Virus record (IMG/VR): IMGVR_UViG_3300020043_002368
Coordinates: 1-30,400 of that record
Reading direction: 5' to 3' (one strand)
From: a virus
Lineage: Duplodnaviria; Caudoviricetes
Length of the DNA: 30,400 nucleotides
Positions 7,282 through 17,735 of the stretch are shown piece after piece. The notes beneath the pieces were generated by a model. That model had not been told where the DNA came from, searched no databases, and saw only the letters and a list, made by a program, of their open reading frames with translations. Every line of letters starts with the position of its first letter. The stretch's first letter is position 1. The position numbers and the translations under genes were made by a program.

Positions 7282-9221
7282 TGGCAATCACCAATACCCT
7301 CCAATCACCACCAATCTGGTCGGCAGCATACAATCCAATCATCTGGATGATCGAGTCGGACAAGACTACCGAATACAAGTTTAGGTATGTCTTCGACGTT
7401 TACGTCTACGGAAAAGACAAAGTGCGTTTCAAAGTTCCACCCAATCCAGAAGGCAAAGGTCTAATCGACGTCAACGCACTGGTGGCGGCAGAGTTGGAAA
7501 TCCCACTGAACCTTCCGATGCTCTCGGACAACCCGTTCTACACTGGAGATTATCTGGCGACCAACGTCTACATTCTGGCTGGTGAAGAATACTCCACTAC
7601 CCCAACAGGAAACCCTGTGATCTACAACGGATCAGGATTGGTTGGAGAACCAGCATATGGTCTTTACGCAGATGGAAATTTCAGACCCGCTCCGAACAAC
7701 ACAACACCAGTTGCATCTTGGGCGGCAGCTCAGTCTCCAGAAGAATACTACAACTGGATTGCTCTTGGTGGAGAAGGAGTCTTGGATTATGAGATGGCAC
7801 TTGGACAGGTCAACGACACTGGAGGAAAGTTTCTAACTAACTGTCCAGATTCTCCACAGTCCATCAGATCCGACGAAGACTTCACGTTAACTTGGTTGAA
7901 CAGAAACTTTGAGCCAGCAACAGGTCCACAGACCTACCCCTATGCAATGAAGGTGTCTTTCTACAACAACAACGCTTCGGTTGGTTCTGCTACGTTCTTT
8001 AACACGGTGGCTAATGGAGGAATCTGGCCATCTTGTTCCGTTGCACCTTCTGCGACGGGAGCTTCAGGACCACAGAACTACTTGGAGTCCTTCAAGATAA
8101 ATCCTGGACAAACTTTTACTTACACCAGAACCAAAGACGACATCTGGCCAAATAGCACTTGGGCGTTCGGCTATTACTCTCCAACTGCTGATGTGTTCTC
8201 AAGTCAGATTTCTTCTGGACTTACCCCACCAGTTTCAGGGATCAGCATCGGCTCCAACGATGACACTTGGCTGACCAGTCAACCAATTTCTGGATCTACA
8301 GGATCTACCGAGATTGTCTACAAGGCGATGGTTGCAGCAACCGGTGCTTCTTTGTCAATCGAATTAGGTTCTTCAAGTCCTTGGGGTTCTGATTATCCAA
8401 CCCTGCAACTTTGGGGAACAACTTCAACAACTTTGACTACTGGGGCAAACTGGGAAAAGATTGGAGACTTTACAACTTCAGAACAGCCAACCAACCTCAC
8501 CTACTTTACGTTTACCGGCACAACCACAAAGCAATACTACGCACTTGGTCTTCGTTTCCAAGTTACTGCTCCCACCCAGTATAACGAAGTTTTGATTGGA
8601 CCAACCGGTTATCCAAGTTTTACCAACGCCGACTGTATCAACAAGTGGGACATAACCCAAACTCTAACAGCACCTTTTAACAAGATGTGCTTGGCTCTTT
8701 ACCCATACGACACATATGGAACTTGCACTTTGGGGGCAACAGCAACTTCAGAAACTATCTGTCTAAACATAGACGACACAAACTGTTGGGGTTTTGAACC
8801 AATTAGATTTACTTGGATAAACCCGCTGGGAGGCAGAGATTGGTTTACGTTCATCAAGAGAAATACTTTTGTTCAACAAGCAAACAGATCTACCCTCTAT
8901 AAACTTCCTGGCTACTGGTCCGCAGCTTCTTACAGTGTGAAGGACAACCAACCAGCACGATTCGGAACAACGGTGTTTAAGACAGATCTAACCAACACTT
9001 GGACAGCTTCGACTGACTGGTTGACTGAAGCACAGTCGGCTTGGTTGAGAGACATGTTCGCTTCTCCATCTGTGATAGCTTATCTGCCTGGCAGAACCCA
9101 ACCGGTGGCTGTTGTAATCCAGGACGCAGAATACGCAGTTCAGACCATCCGCAGGGAGAACCTCTTCCAATACTTTGTCTCCTTCGTGGAGTCTCTACCA
9201 GCAAATACCCAAAGCTACTAA
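7281..9221 (+). CDS. Minor tail protein (distal-tail-like, probable central insertion)
   Basis: SAAYNPI N-terminus, WINPLGGRDWFTF motif, T/S/G-rich beta-type middle; position in the tail module. Confidence 0.6.
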   Translation: MAITNTLQSPPIWSAAYNPIIWMIESDKTTEYKFRYVFDVYVYGKDKVRFKVPPNPEGKGLIDVNALVAAELEIPLNLPMLSDNPFYTGDYLATNVYILAGEEYSTTPTGNPVIYNGSGLVGEPAYGLYADGNFRPAPNNTTPVASWAAAQSPEEYYNWIALGGEGVLDYEMALGQVNDTGGKFLTNCPDSPQSIRSDEDFTLTWLNRNFEPATGPQTYPYAMKVSFYNNNASVGSATFFNTVANGGIWPSCSVAPSATGASGPQNYLESFKINPGQTFTYTRTKDDIWPNSTWAFGYYSPTADVFSSQISSGLTPPVSGISIGSNDDTWLTSQPISGSTGSTEIVYKAMVAATGASLSIELGSSSPWGSDYPTLQLWGTTSTTLTTGANWEKIGDFTTSEQPTNLTYFTFTGTTTKQYYALGLRFQVTAPTQYNEVLIGPTGYPSFTNADCINKWDITQTLTAPFNKMCLALYPYDTYGTCTLGATATSETICLNIDDTNCWGFEPIRFTWINPLGGRDWFTFIKRNTFVQQANRSTLYKLPGYWSAASYSVKDNQPARFGTTVFKTDLTNTWTASTDWLTEAQSAWLRDMFASPSVIAYLPGRTQPVAVVIQDAEYAVQTIRRENLFQYFVSFVESLPANTQSY

Positions 9222-9222
9222 T

Positions 9223-12012
9223 ATGTCCAAAGTCCAACTCTACGCAGTCAACCCACAGGGGGAAACAGTTCTTCTGCAACTGTCAGATGATTCTCCAGTG
9301 AAGATGAACCTTTCAGTGGCGGAGATAAATCCGTTCACCCCATCTTCTTTCTTCTCGCAAACATTTAGACTTCCGGGCATTGGACCGAACACCCAGTTCT
9401 TCCAAGACGTCTACTCGGTCAACGGGAGCACGTTCAACCCGGCTGCGGCAGCACAGGCTTGGATTCTTTCTGATGGAACTTTGTTCTCTTTTGGTAATCT
9501 AAATCTGCAGTCCGTTGTTACCAACGATCAGACAAAGTCCATAGAGTATGACGTTTACTTCCTGGGGGACACTTCAAATCTCTCTACCTCCATCGGGGAA
9601 GATGGAATGAATACCATCGACGCATCTGAGCTAAATCACGTGCTGTCCTATGCGAATGTAACAGCATCTTGGGCGGCAACAGGAGGAGCAACTGCAGGTC
9701 TTCTGGATGGAAACATTCTATACCCTCTGTGCGAGTGGGGCTACACCTACGGAACAGGTCCTAACGAAGGCATTCCTCTGCAGTCTACTCTCTCCCATTC
9801 TTACGTCAAGTCTTTCACTGCAGGTGCAACTTCGGCAATCAGGATGGAGCAGATGAAACCTGCAATCAGGGTGAAGTGGCTGTTGGATAAAATTCTGTCC
9901 GACGCTGGCTACACATACACATCTGCATTTTTAGAATCTGACTATTTCCAGTCTCTCTACTTTGTGTCGGATTCTGTGGCAAGACCCTACTTTCTAAATC
10001 CATCTGGAACTTGTCAAGTAACTGCAGATGCATTTACGGTCAATCTTGGAACAACCGAGATCATCCCGTTTAGAACAACGTTCAACAACTTCGACCAGGC
10101 ATTTAACACAACAACTCACGTATGGACTGCACCGGCAAACGGTTCCTATGAATTTGTGGTTGTGGGAAAGGCTCAGTCTGAAATTAACAGACCAAAGGCT
10201 GCATTCAGGGTCAAGGCATACATCAACGACATCTTGGTCTACGATTCTGGAGTTCTTACAACCTATGGGGTTACCGAGAGAGACTGGAACTGGACTTCTG
10301 GTTCTATCTCACTAAACAAAGGAGACACGGTCGATGTTAGAATAGAAAACATGTCGTTCGGAGATTCTGCCACAGTCTTCTTTGATTCTGCGTTTAACTG
10401 TATCAGCGGACCAAACCAGGTCGTTGTGTCTTCTTTCCTGCCGGACGAAACAATCCTCAAGAAGATAGACTTTATTAGATCTCTGGTTCGCATGTTCAAT
10501 CTGGTGTTCGAACCATCTAAGGTTGTTCAGAAGACTTTCCTTATCGAACCTTGGATTGACTGGGTTCAAGCAGGAGACATTAGAGATTGGACAAGACTTT
10601 ACGACGGTTCTGCAGATCTACAGTCTTCGCCCGTCTTTGCTGAGCAACAGAGAATTCTAAAGTTCGGCGCACAGGACGACGAAGATTGGTTGAACAAACA
10701 ATATCAAGAGCAGAACAAAGCCGACTACTGGTATCGTCAGTTCGATTCAGGGATCAAACTCATCAGAGACGAACAGCCTATCGACGTGCAGTTCGGAGCT
10801 AATCCTCTGCAATCTATTCCGTCCAAAGGAACTGCTTATCCTAACTGGGTGTTCCCAACTCTGGGAAGACTTCAACCGGGCAACCAGGATCAACCTAATT
10901 CTGCAAGGATAGAACCTATAGTTCCAAGACCAAGACTGTATCACTACAACGGCTTACAATCTAACCCAATCCCATGGTATCTATTTAACGGTGTTTCTGG
11001 TTCAGGAACTGGACAGGCCCAGAACTTCTATCCGTTAATTTCTCCATATTCATCTTGGCCTCCAAATTTGTTTTCCACAGTGAATCTAAACTTCTTGTCT
11101 AAAGAACAACCTTGGTCGGCAGATTCCACCCTGGTGGACAACACATCTCAAGATTTATACACAGTCTACTGGGACGAATATGTGGACTGGCTCTACGACC
11201 CCTACAACAGAAAAGTTTCCTTAACACTAAGATTAGATCCAGCAGACATTTTGGAACTTTCTTTTAACGATCGCATCTGGATTAAGGACACCTGGTATTT
11301 CATTCAGAAGATAGCAGATTATGCTCTTGGTGAAACTGCTTTGGTCAGAGTTGACTTAGTAAAAGTTCCCCCGGTGGCTATCCCAGGACCAATTCCTTTG
11401 GCTGCAACAGGAGCAACAGCGGGAACTTCCTGTCGAACTCTGGGACTTTGCAACAACAATCCAATTACAGATCCTGCAACAACCTACACCTATGTGGACT
11501 GCGACAGCAATCTAAGATCAATTACTCTTGGACCTTTGGCTTGCGGACAAGAAATATGTGCTTTATATCCTTTGATAAATCCATTGCCATCAGGTTGGAC
11601 CGTTTCAGATCTTGGCTCTTGTGGAACAACGGGAGGCAATCTGGTTATGACGATAGTAACAGACAATACAGTTGGAAGGGTTCCATCTCCGTTCACAACA
11701 GTTATTCTATCTGGATCAACTGGAGGAACAGGAGGAACTTACATTCCAATCAACAACTACACGGTGGAGGGAACCAACAACTTCCAAGTTGAATGGCCCA
11801 ATCTTCCTGCTGGCTTTGGCATCAAGTTGGAACTAACTTCAGATATAGCACCAGGAGCAACCTGTGCTTCACAAGAAATTTCTCTGGCAACGAACGGACT
11901 GACTGGAGCAACAGCTTCCAGATCAGGAACTTACCAGCCAATTTCAGCAATCTTTCCGGCAGTTATCAACACTTCCGATACTTATACAGCATACATCAAC
12001 ATCACATACTAA
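9223..12012 (+). CDS. Large tail-tip/baseplate hub protein
   Basis: FSQTFRLPG, KPAIRVKWLLDKI, FIRSLVRMFNL, LIEPW..W motifs; ATG 9223 preferred over 9175. Confidence 0.65.
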   Translation: MSKVQLYAVNPQGETVLLQLSDDSPVKMNLSVAEINPFTPSSFFSQTFRLPGIGPNTQFFQDVYSVNGSTFNPAAAAQAWILSDGTLFSFGNLNLQSVVTNDQTKSIEYDVYFLGDTSNLSTSIGEDGMNTIDASELNHVLSYANVTASWAATGGATAGLLDGNILYPLCEWGYTYGTGPNEGIPLQSTLSHSYVKSFTAGATSAIRMEQMKPAIRVKWLLDKILSDAGYTYTSAFLESDYFQSLYFVSDSVARPYFLNPSGTCQVTADAFTVNLGTTEIIPFRTTFNNFDQAFNTTTHVWTAPANGSYEFVVVGKAQSEINRPKAAFRVKAYINDILVYDSGVLTTYGVTERDWNWTSGSISLNKGDTVDVRIENMSFGDSATVFFDSAFNCISGPNQVVVSSFLPDETILKKIDFIRSLVRMFNLVFEPSKVVQKTFLIEPWIDWVQAGDIRDWTRLYDGSADLQSSPVFAEQQRILKFGAQDDEDWLNKQYQEQNKADYWYRQFDSGIKLIRDEQPIDVQFGANPLQSIPSKGTAYPNWVFPTLGRLQPGNQDQPNSARIEPIVPRPRLYHYNGLQSNPIPWYLFNGVSGSGTGQAQNFYPLISPYSSWPPNLFSTVNLNFLSKEQPWSADSTLVDNTSQDLYTVYWDEYVDWLYDPYNRKVSLTLRLDPADILELSFNDRIWIKDTWYFIQKIADYALGETALVRVDLVKVPPVAIPGPIPLAATGATAGTSCRTLGLCNNNPITDPATTYTYVDCDSNLRSITLGPLACGQEICALYPLINPLPSGWTVSDLGSCGTTGGNLVMTIVTDNTVGRVPSPFTTVILSGSTGGTGGTYIPINNYTVEGTNNFQVEWPNLPAGFGIKLELTSDIAPGATCASQEISLATNGLTGATASRSGTYQPISAIFPAVINTSDTYTAYINITY

Positions 12013-12015
12013 CAC

Positions 12016-14253
12016 ATGGCAGAAGAAATAGTTTTAGAAGTCTCTGGGTTTACCAACCTTCGTGCCCAACTAAGGGAGGCAAATCAAGAAGTCCAGATGC
12101 TGACCCAGCAATTTGGTTCCACTTCTCAACAAGTTCAGAGTGCAGCACTAAGGGCGGCAGAACTGAAAGATCAAATAGACGATGCGAGAGACGCAGTCAG
12201 TGCATTTACCGGAGCAGGACAATTCCAAGCAGTTGGTAAGGCAATCTCGGGTGTTGCGGGAGGTTTCGCAGCAATCCAAGGAGCAATGGGACTTGTCGGT
12301 GCAGAATCTAAAGATCTACAGAAAACACTGGTTAGAGTTCAATCTGCTCTTGCTCTATCTCAAGGACTTGCACAACTCGAAGACTTGGGTCGAGCATTCA
12401 CCCAGTTGAAGGGTGTTGCTGTCAACGCATTCAACTCCATCAAGGCAGCCATCGGTTCTACAGGGATTGGTCTTCTACTTGTTGCTCTTGGAACTGCAGT
12501 TGCTTACTGGGACGAAATCGCAGCAGGGATTGGGATTTCTGAAAAGTCCACTGAAGAGTTAGAAGCAGCCCAGAAGAAGTATAATGGTCAGCTGGAATAC
12601 ACAAACTTCTTGGTCAACGAATACACCAGAGACTACGAAAATGCAACCAAGATTGCTGTTGCACAAGCTCAAGCAAGAGGAGCATCTGCTCAAGAACTTG
12701 CGGACATTGAGATTGCAGGCAGAGAAAAAATCATCGCACTGCTAAAACAAGAAAGTTCAGATGCTTATGCAAACTTCAAGGCAACAGTCAAAGGACTAAA
12801 AGAAACCGACGAAGCCTACAAAAAAGCTGGAGATTCTTACAGAGAAGTTGCCAGAAAGAACGATGCAACCATCGACAATCTAAACACACAGAATAAAGTC
12901 GATGCAATCAACGCTCAGAAAGCAATCACTGATGATTTCAAAAAGAAGTCGGACGAAAGAACAAGAATTCTAAAAGAAGCAAACGAAACTGCTAAGAGAT
13001 TAACTCAGGAATCCTACGATAGACAAACCAAGACTTATCAGCAGATTGCTCTGCTTGACACCAAGCTTTCTGAAGACGATAGAAACAGATTGAAGCTGGA
13101 GTTCGACCAGCTAAACGAAAGGGGAGAACTGATCTTAAAGTCCGTTACCATCGAAGAAAAGGCTTCCAAAGAAAAGAGAGCCTTGACTGCAGAAGAGGTA
13201 AAAGAAAAGAAAGCTTTGAATGCAGAACTTGACGTTGTTATTCTAAGACAGGTTGCAGAAACTGCAAAGCTGGAATTTGACATTCAGAAAAAGAAGAACG
13301 AAGATCTCAAGAGACAAGCTCAAGAGTATGCTGAAATTCTGGTGCAGAGAGAACAGAAGAAGTATGAGAGAACCAAGAATATCATCGACGACCACTACAA
13401 GTATGAAGAAGTTTCTCTCTTGGATTCTAATCTGTCCAAAAATGAATTACAAGATGCTCAAGAACAAAATGAACTAAATCGTCTTCAAGATCAATTAAAG
13501 GCGGCAGAAAAAGCTGGGGAAGACACAGTCAACATAGAGCTCGAGATTGCCAGAAAGAAGAGAGATATTAGAGAAAAAGATTCGGAGGAAGAAAAAGAAA
13601 ACAGGAGAGAAGCAGTCGACTTCGCCCTTCAAACTGCTGCTTCCCTCAATACCGGACTTCAGCAATTATCTTCTGCCAGAATGTCTAAAGAACTTGCGGA
13701 AGCAAAAGGCAACAAGGAAGAAGAAGAAAAGATCAGAAAAGAATACTTTGAGAAGAACAAAGCTTACCAATATGCAGGAGCAGTCATCTCAGGTATTTCA
13801 GCAGGTATTTCAGCTTTCGAAAAAGGAATGGCAATCGGTGGACCTCCACTTGCTGGTATCTTCTTGGCTCTTTCTGCAGCAACCACAGCAATCCAGTTGG
13901 CTGCAATCCAACAAACCCAATATGTTTCTACAGCAGGTTCTTCTACATCTTCCGACAGTGCTAAATCAACACCGTCTACCTACGCAGAAGGTGGATTACT
14001 TGGTGGACCTTCTCATGACCTGGGGGGTATCAGAACCACAATGGGAGAACTTGAGGGAGGTGAATTTGTTGTCAACCGCAGAGCAACAGCAAACTTCATG
14101 CCCCTTCTTGAAGCAATCAATTCTCTGGGCAACACCAGAGCAGCAGATGTTCCGATGGCTCAGATGCCAATCGTCAAGACCTATGTGGTTGCGACCGACA
14201 TGACTTCTCAGCAAGAAGCAAACGCAAGACTAAATGCTCTTGCCAGATTGTAA
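12016..14253 (+). CDS. Tail tape measure protein
   Basis: Ala/Gly-rich hydrophobic segments, long E/K coiled coil, C-terminal YAEGG..GPSH..GG...EGGEFVVN. Confidence 0.85.
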   Translation: MAEEIVLEVSGFTNLRAQLREANQEVQMLTQQFGSTSQQVQSAALRAAELKDQIDDARDAVSAFTGAGQFQAVGKAISGVAGGFAAIQGAMGLVGAESKDLQKTLVRVQSALALSQGLAQLEDLGRAFTQLKGVAVNAFNSIKAAIGSTGIGLLLVALGTAVAYWDEIAAGIGISEKSTEELEAAQKKYNGQLEYTNFLVNEYTRDYENATKIAVAQAQARGASAQELADIEIAGREKIIALLKQESSDAYANFKATVKGLKETDEAYKKAGDSYREVARKNDATIDNLNTQNKVDAINAQKAITDDFKKKSDERTRILKEANETAKRLTQESYDRQTKTYQQIALLDTKLSEDDRNRLKLEFDQLNERGELILKSVTIEEKASKEKRALTAEEVKEKKALNAELDVVILRQVAETAKLEFDIQKKKNEDLKRQAQEYAEILVQREQKKYERTKNIIDDHYKYEEVSLLDSNLSKNELQDAQEQNELNRLQDQLKAAEKAGEDTVNIELEIARKKRDIREKDSEEEKENRREAVDFALQTAASLNTGLQQLSSARMSKELAEAKGNKEEEEKIRKEYFEKNKAYQYAGAVISGISAGISAFEKGMAIGGPPLAGIFLALSAATTAIQLAAIQQTQYVSTAGSSTSSDSAKSTPSTYAEGGLLGGPSHDLGGIRTTMGELEGGEFVVNRRATANFMPLLEAINSLGNTRAADVPMAQMPIVKTYVVATDMTSQQEANARLNALARL

Positions 14254-14267
14254 ACAAAATATACTTA
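14241..14267 (+). promoter_or_regulatory. Putative late promoter TGCCA-N14-TATACTTA
   Basis: Ends 7 nt before ATG 14275. Confidence 0.65.
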
Positions 14268-14274
14268 CACTTAT

Positions 14275-16029
14275 ATGGAAAAAAAAGTAATAGAACTTGA
14301 AATTATAGAAGACGTCGACACATCTGGTGTTTCTGCAATTTCACTGGTCGATATTCCTGCAATCGAAAAGCTTTGGATGGCTTTCAAAAGAGAAGAGTTC
14401 GTTGAACCCGGAGCAGGAGAATCAGAAGACGAATTCATCCCCCGTTGCATAGCAAAACTTGTTGGAGACGAAGGTTATGATACAGATCAGGCTGCAGCAA
14501 TTTGCTACAGCACCTACAGAGAAAAACAAAGTGCAGAAGAATTTGCAGAAACCTACACCGACTATCCGGAGGCAGCAGTAAACGCAGCAAAGCGTGCACT
14601 TGCTTGGGCAGAAGAAAACGGTTGGGGAGACTGCGGTATGGGTCCTGGTAAAGCAAGAGCAAACCAACTGGCAAATCGTGAACCCATTTCAGAAGACACC
14701 ATTGCTCGCATGTCGGCATTCCAAAGACATAGACAAAACTCAGATACACCTTATGGTGAAGGTTGCGGCAAGCTAATGTGGGATGCCTGGGGCGGAGACG
14801 CTGGGATAGAATGGGCAGAAAGAAAACTAAAGTCCATTCGCAAAGAAGAAATGTCCTATGACACAGGGGCTCTTCCAGTTTATGTGGACGAAATTCCAAA
14901 GAAGAAAGATAAATTTGCACTGCAGGGAATTCCACTTCCCCGAGGGCAGAAAGTTGTTCTACAAGCAGAAGACGAAGACTACGACAGAGGTTTAATAGTT
15001 GAACTTATGCCCGAAGGTGGCTATAATGTCGAGTATTGGTTCGACACACCCGATAACATAGAGCCTGCAGAAATAAGGGTCGACGGAGAAACCATCACCA
15101 AATCTGGTAAGTTGGTTTACCTCGGCTACCACCCAGAACTGCAGGCAGAAGCATTTGCTGCAGGAGATAGACCTCTGGCAAGAATACCTAAAGAAGAAAG
15201 AGGCAGAACTGGATCGGCAAAGAACGAACCTGGAGACACCAAAACAACAAGAGGAGGGATCGAAGTTTCTCAAGAAGTGGAGAACACCCTAAAGGATAAG
15301 ATTGAGGAGCACAACAAGAAGAATCCACAGGAGTCCCAGAAAGCAACTCTTGGAATGTTGAAAGCAGTATGGAGAAGAGGAGCTGGTGCTTATTCAGTCG
15401 GAACTCCTGGCAAGAGAGGCATGCAGAGATCACAGTGGGCAATGGCAAGAGTTAATTCTTTCCTAAACATTCTGGCTGGCAACAGATCAGGCTACGACAA
15501 AGACTACAAGCAAGACAACGACCTACTTCCTAAAGGACATCCCAAACACTCCGAGCAGAAGATGGGCTACTACTTTGCTTCAGAAGACCAGCAGATCGTC
15601 GTTGGACCGGCAATGATTCCCGACTTGGAAATTCTTCGTAAAGACGAAAAGACTAAACTTCCCTACTACGTTAAGTTTTCCAAAGAGGTGATCCAGAAGG
15701 TGGCAGAAAAGTTTATGCGTGAAACCAGAAATCACGACACCAACATTCAGCACGAAGCAAAAGACGATGCTGGAACTTATGTCATGGAAACTTGGATCGT
15801 GGAAAACGAAGAGGACAAAGCAAACTCTCTCTACAATATGGACGTTCCAGTGGGCACATGGATGGTTAAGATGAGAGTTCAAGATCCAGAAACTTGGAAG
15901 AAAATCAAGGCTGGCGAACTAAAAGGCTTCTCGATTGAGGGAGACTTCATGGACAAGAAAGACTACGAAGCATATCAAAAAGACAAGGAACTCTACGAGA
16001 GGGTAATAAAAATCTTAAAATCTATCTGA
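14275..16029 (+). CDS. XkdF-like prohead protease with several inserted domains
   Basis: N-terminal AISLVDIPAIE and C-terminal GPAMIPD...NIQH...METWI...GTWM...GELKGFSIEG, separated by about 390 aa of extra modules. Confidence 0.8.
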   Translation: MEKKVIELEIIEDVDTSGVSAISLVDIPAIEKLWMAFKREEFVEPGAGESEDEFIPRCIAKLVGDEGYDTDQAAAICYSTYREKQSAEEFAETYTDYPEAAVNAAKRALAWAEENGWGDCGMGPGKARANQLANREPISEDTIARMSAFQRHRQNSDTPYGEGCGKLMWDAWGGDAGIEWAERKLKSIRKEEMSYDTGALPVYVDEIPKKKDKFALQGIPLPRGQKVVLQAEDEDYDRGLIVELMPEGGYNVEYWFDTPDNIEPAEIRVDGETITKSGKLVYLGYHPELQAEAFAAGDRPLARIPKEERGRTGSAKNEPGDTKTTRGGIEVSQEVENTLKDKIEEHNKKNPQESQKATLGMLKAVWRRGAGAYSVGTPGKRGMQRSQWAMARVNSFLNILAGNRSGYDKDYKQDNDLLPKGHPKHSEQKMGYYFASEDQQIVVGPAMIPDLEILRKDEKTKLPYYVKFSKEVIQKVAEKFMRETRNHDTNIQHEAKDDAGTYVMETWIVENEEDKANSLYNMDVPVGTWMVKMRVQDPETWKKIKAGELKGFSIEGDFMDKKDYEAYQKDKELYERVIKILKSI

Positions 16030-16031
16030 AG

Positions 16032-16049
16032 AAATGTCATATGACATTT
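16032..16049. promoter_or_regulatory. Perfect 18-bp palindrome AAATGTCATATGACATTT
   Basis: Read directly; overlaps the upstream element of the putative late promoter. Confidence 0.7.
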
Positions 16050-16061
16050 AGTCTATACTTA
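16035..16061 (+). promoter_or_regulatory. Putative late promoter TGTCA-N14-TATACTTA (scaffold-capsid operon)
   Basis: Consensus copy; ends 33 nt before ATG 16095. Confidence 0.7.
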
Positions 16062-16094
16062 CTCAGGTAAACCCAAAATAAAAATTTACAATCT

Positions 16095-16712
16095 ATGAAC
16101 TTTTATCAAGAAAAACTAAACCAAATCAAGATCGCTCTTGGCATGGAAGTAAGAATGGTTGAAGCCACTTTGAAAGATGGAGTTACTAAGGTAATGACTG
16201 AAGCTTTGGAACCAGGCAGCAAAATTTATGTTGTTTCAGGAGAAGAAAAAGCACCAGCACCCGAAGGTATCCATGAATTAGAAGATGGCACCACCGTCTA
16301 CGTCGATGCAGAAGGGGTGATCACGCAAGTGGAATCTCCAAAAGAAGAAGAGGAAATCGAAGTTGAAATCAAAGCAGCCGAAGAAAAATCCGAAATTCCA
16401 GCAGGAGAAGAGACAGCCGAACAACCAACTAAGTCGGAAGCAACAATCACCAAAGAAGAAATGGCGTCCTATGTGGACAGCATGATGGAAAAGGTGATGA
16501 TGGCTATCGAAGAAGTTGCTAAAGAGGTTGGAATCGTAAAAGAAGAAATGGCTTCTTACAAATCCAAAATGGAGAAAATGTCAAAAACTCCAGGAGCAAC
16601 TAAGATCAGCACTTTCAATAACGAAGCACCAGCTTCAACAGACCCAATGGAAGCTCGCCTTGAAGGACTAAAGACCCTAAGAGAAGAGTTTACTAAAACA
16701 AGAAAATTCTAA
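16095..16712 (+). CDS. Capsid scaffolding protein
   Basis: Acidic; APEGIHELEDG motif, coiled-coil C-terminus; lies between protease and capsid. Confidence 0.7.
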   Translation: MNFYQEKLNQIKIALGMEVRMVEATLKDGVTKVMTEALEPGSKIYVVSGEEKAPAPEGIHELEDGTTVYVDAEGVITQVESPKEEEEIEVEIKAAEEKSEIPAGEETAEQPTKSEATITKEEMASYVDSMMEKVMMAIEEVAKEVGIVKEEMASYKSKMEKMSKTPGATKISTFNNEAPASTDPMEARLEGLKTLREEFTKTRKF

Positions 16713-16730
16713 AAATAAACAAATAACACT

Positions 16731-17675
16731 ATGTCATTTTCATTAGGAAGCTTACAAGCTTACACCGACCAATTATCTACTGACCTGGTATCAAAAGCTC
16801 TTTTGAAGCCATACTCAGTTCAAATGCTTACCATCATGGCTGGTAAGACAGCAGGAACTTCTGCAATCAACTTGCTTAACTCTAACGCATACATCATCGA
16901 TGCAACTTGCGGATTCAACGCTTCAACCGTTGGCCCAGGTGGAGCAACAGGTAACTCTACAGTATTCAGCCAAATCGACTTGGTTGTTCAATCTAAGATG
17001 CTTAAGGAGCAACTTTGCCCAGAAGATCTAAGAAACTACTGGTTGTCTTCTCAGCTTAGCCCATCAGCTTACGCTACAACCGTTCCTTTCGAAGAGCAAA
17101 TCGCTAACAACAAAATCGCTAACATCGGCCAATACGTTGAAAACACTATCTGGCAGGGTGATGGAGCATCTCTTGATGGTCTACTTGCTCAAGCAACTGT
17201 TGCTAACGGATGTCTTTCTGGAACCGGCGCAGGAATTACAGTTCCTTTCGCAGTTAACACCGCATTCGCATCTATGTTCGGTATCGTGAACAAACTTTCA
17301 AATGCTCTTAAGCAGGAGAACGATCTTGTTGCTTATATGTCATATAACAACTACCAGATCCTTGTTCAAGCTATCATGGCAGAAGGTAACTCTTTGATTA
17401 CCCAATACCCTAACATCAACAACGTAACTGGCGACGCTCCATCTACTTTCGTGTTCCCTGGAACTAACGTAACTGTATTTGCAGCTCCTGGTATCAACGT
17501 TGATACACACATCATCCTTGGGCCTAAGAAGTATATCTACTTCGGAACTGGTCTTCTTGACGATGCTGACAACTTCAAGTTTTATTACGACCCATCTCAG
17601 GACGTTGTAAACTTCATGTCAAAATTCCGTCTCGGGACCTCGGTTTACCCATCGCAGTTCGTTTCTACTATCTAA
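16731..17675 (+). CDS. Major capsid protein
   Basis: 314 aa; EQLCPEDL...W, PFEEQI, ENTIWQG, FGTGLLDD motifs; followed by a hairpin. Confidence 0.85.
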   Translation: MSFSLGSLQAYTDQLSTDLVSKALLKPYSVQMLTIMAGKTAGTSAINLLNSNAYIIDATCGFNASTVGPGGATGNSTVFSQIDLVVQSKMLKEQLCPEDLRNYWLSSQLSPSAYATTVPFEEQIANNKIANIGQYVENTIWQGDGASLDGLLAQATVANGCLSGTGAGITVPFAVNTAFASMFGIVNKLSNALKQENDLVAYMSYNNYQILVQAIMAEGNSLITQYPNINNVTGDAPSTFVFPGTNVTVFAAPGINVDTHIILGPKKYIYFGTGLLDDADNFKFYYDPSQDVVNFMSKFRLGTSVYPSQFVSTI

Positions 17676-17682
17676 CAACCCC

Positions 17683-17708
17683 AAAGGGGAGCCTAAAAAC
17701 TCCCCTTT
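17683..17708 (+). terminator. Stem-loop after the capsid gene
   Basis: AAAGGGGAG / CTCCCCTTT with an 8-nt loop; short U-tract, so possibly leaky. Confidence 0.7.
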
Positions 17709-17735
17709 ACTAAATAAAAAAATCTAAAACAAACT

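Noticed and set aside
13547-14203. 218-aa alternate-frame ORF inside the tape measure gene
   Set aside because: TTG start with no initiation context or motif; probably a by-product of codon bias, though not strictly excluded.
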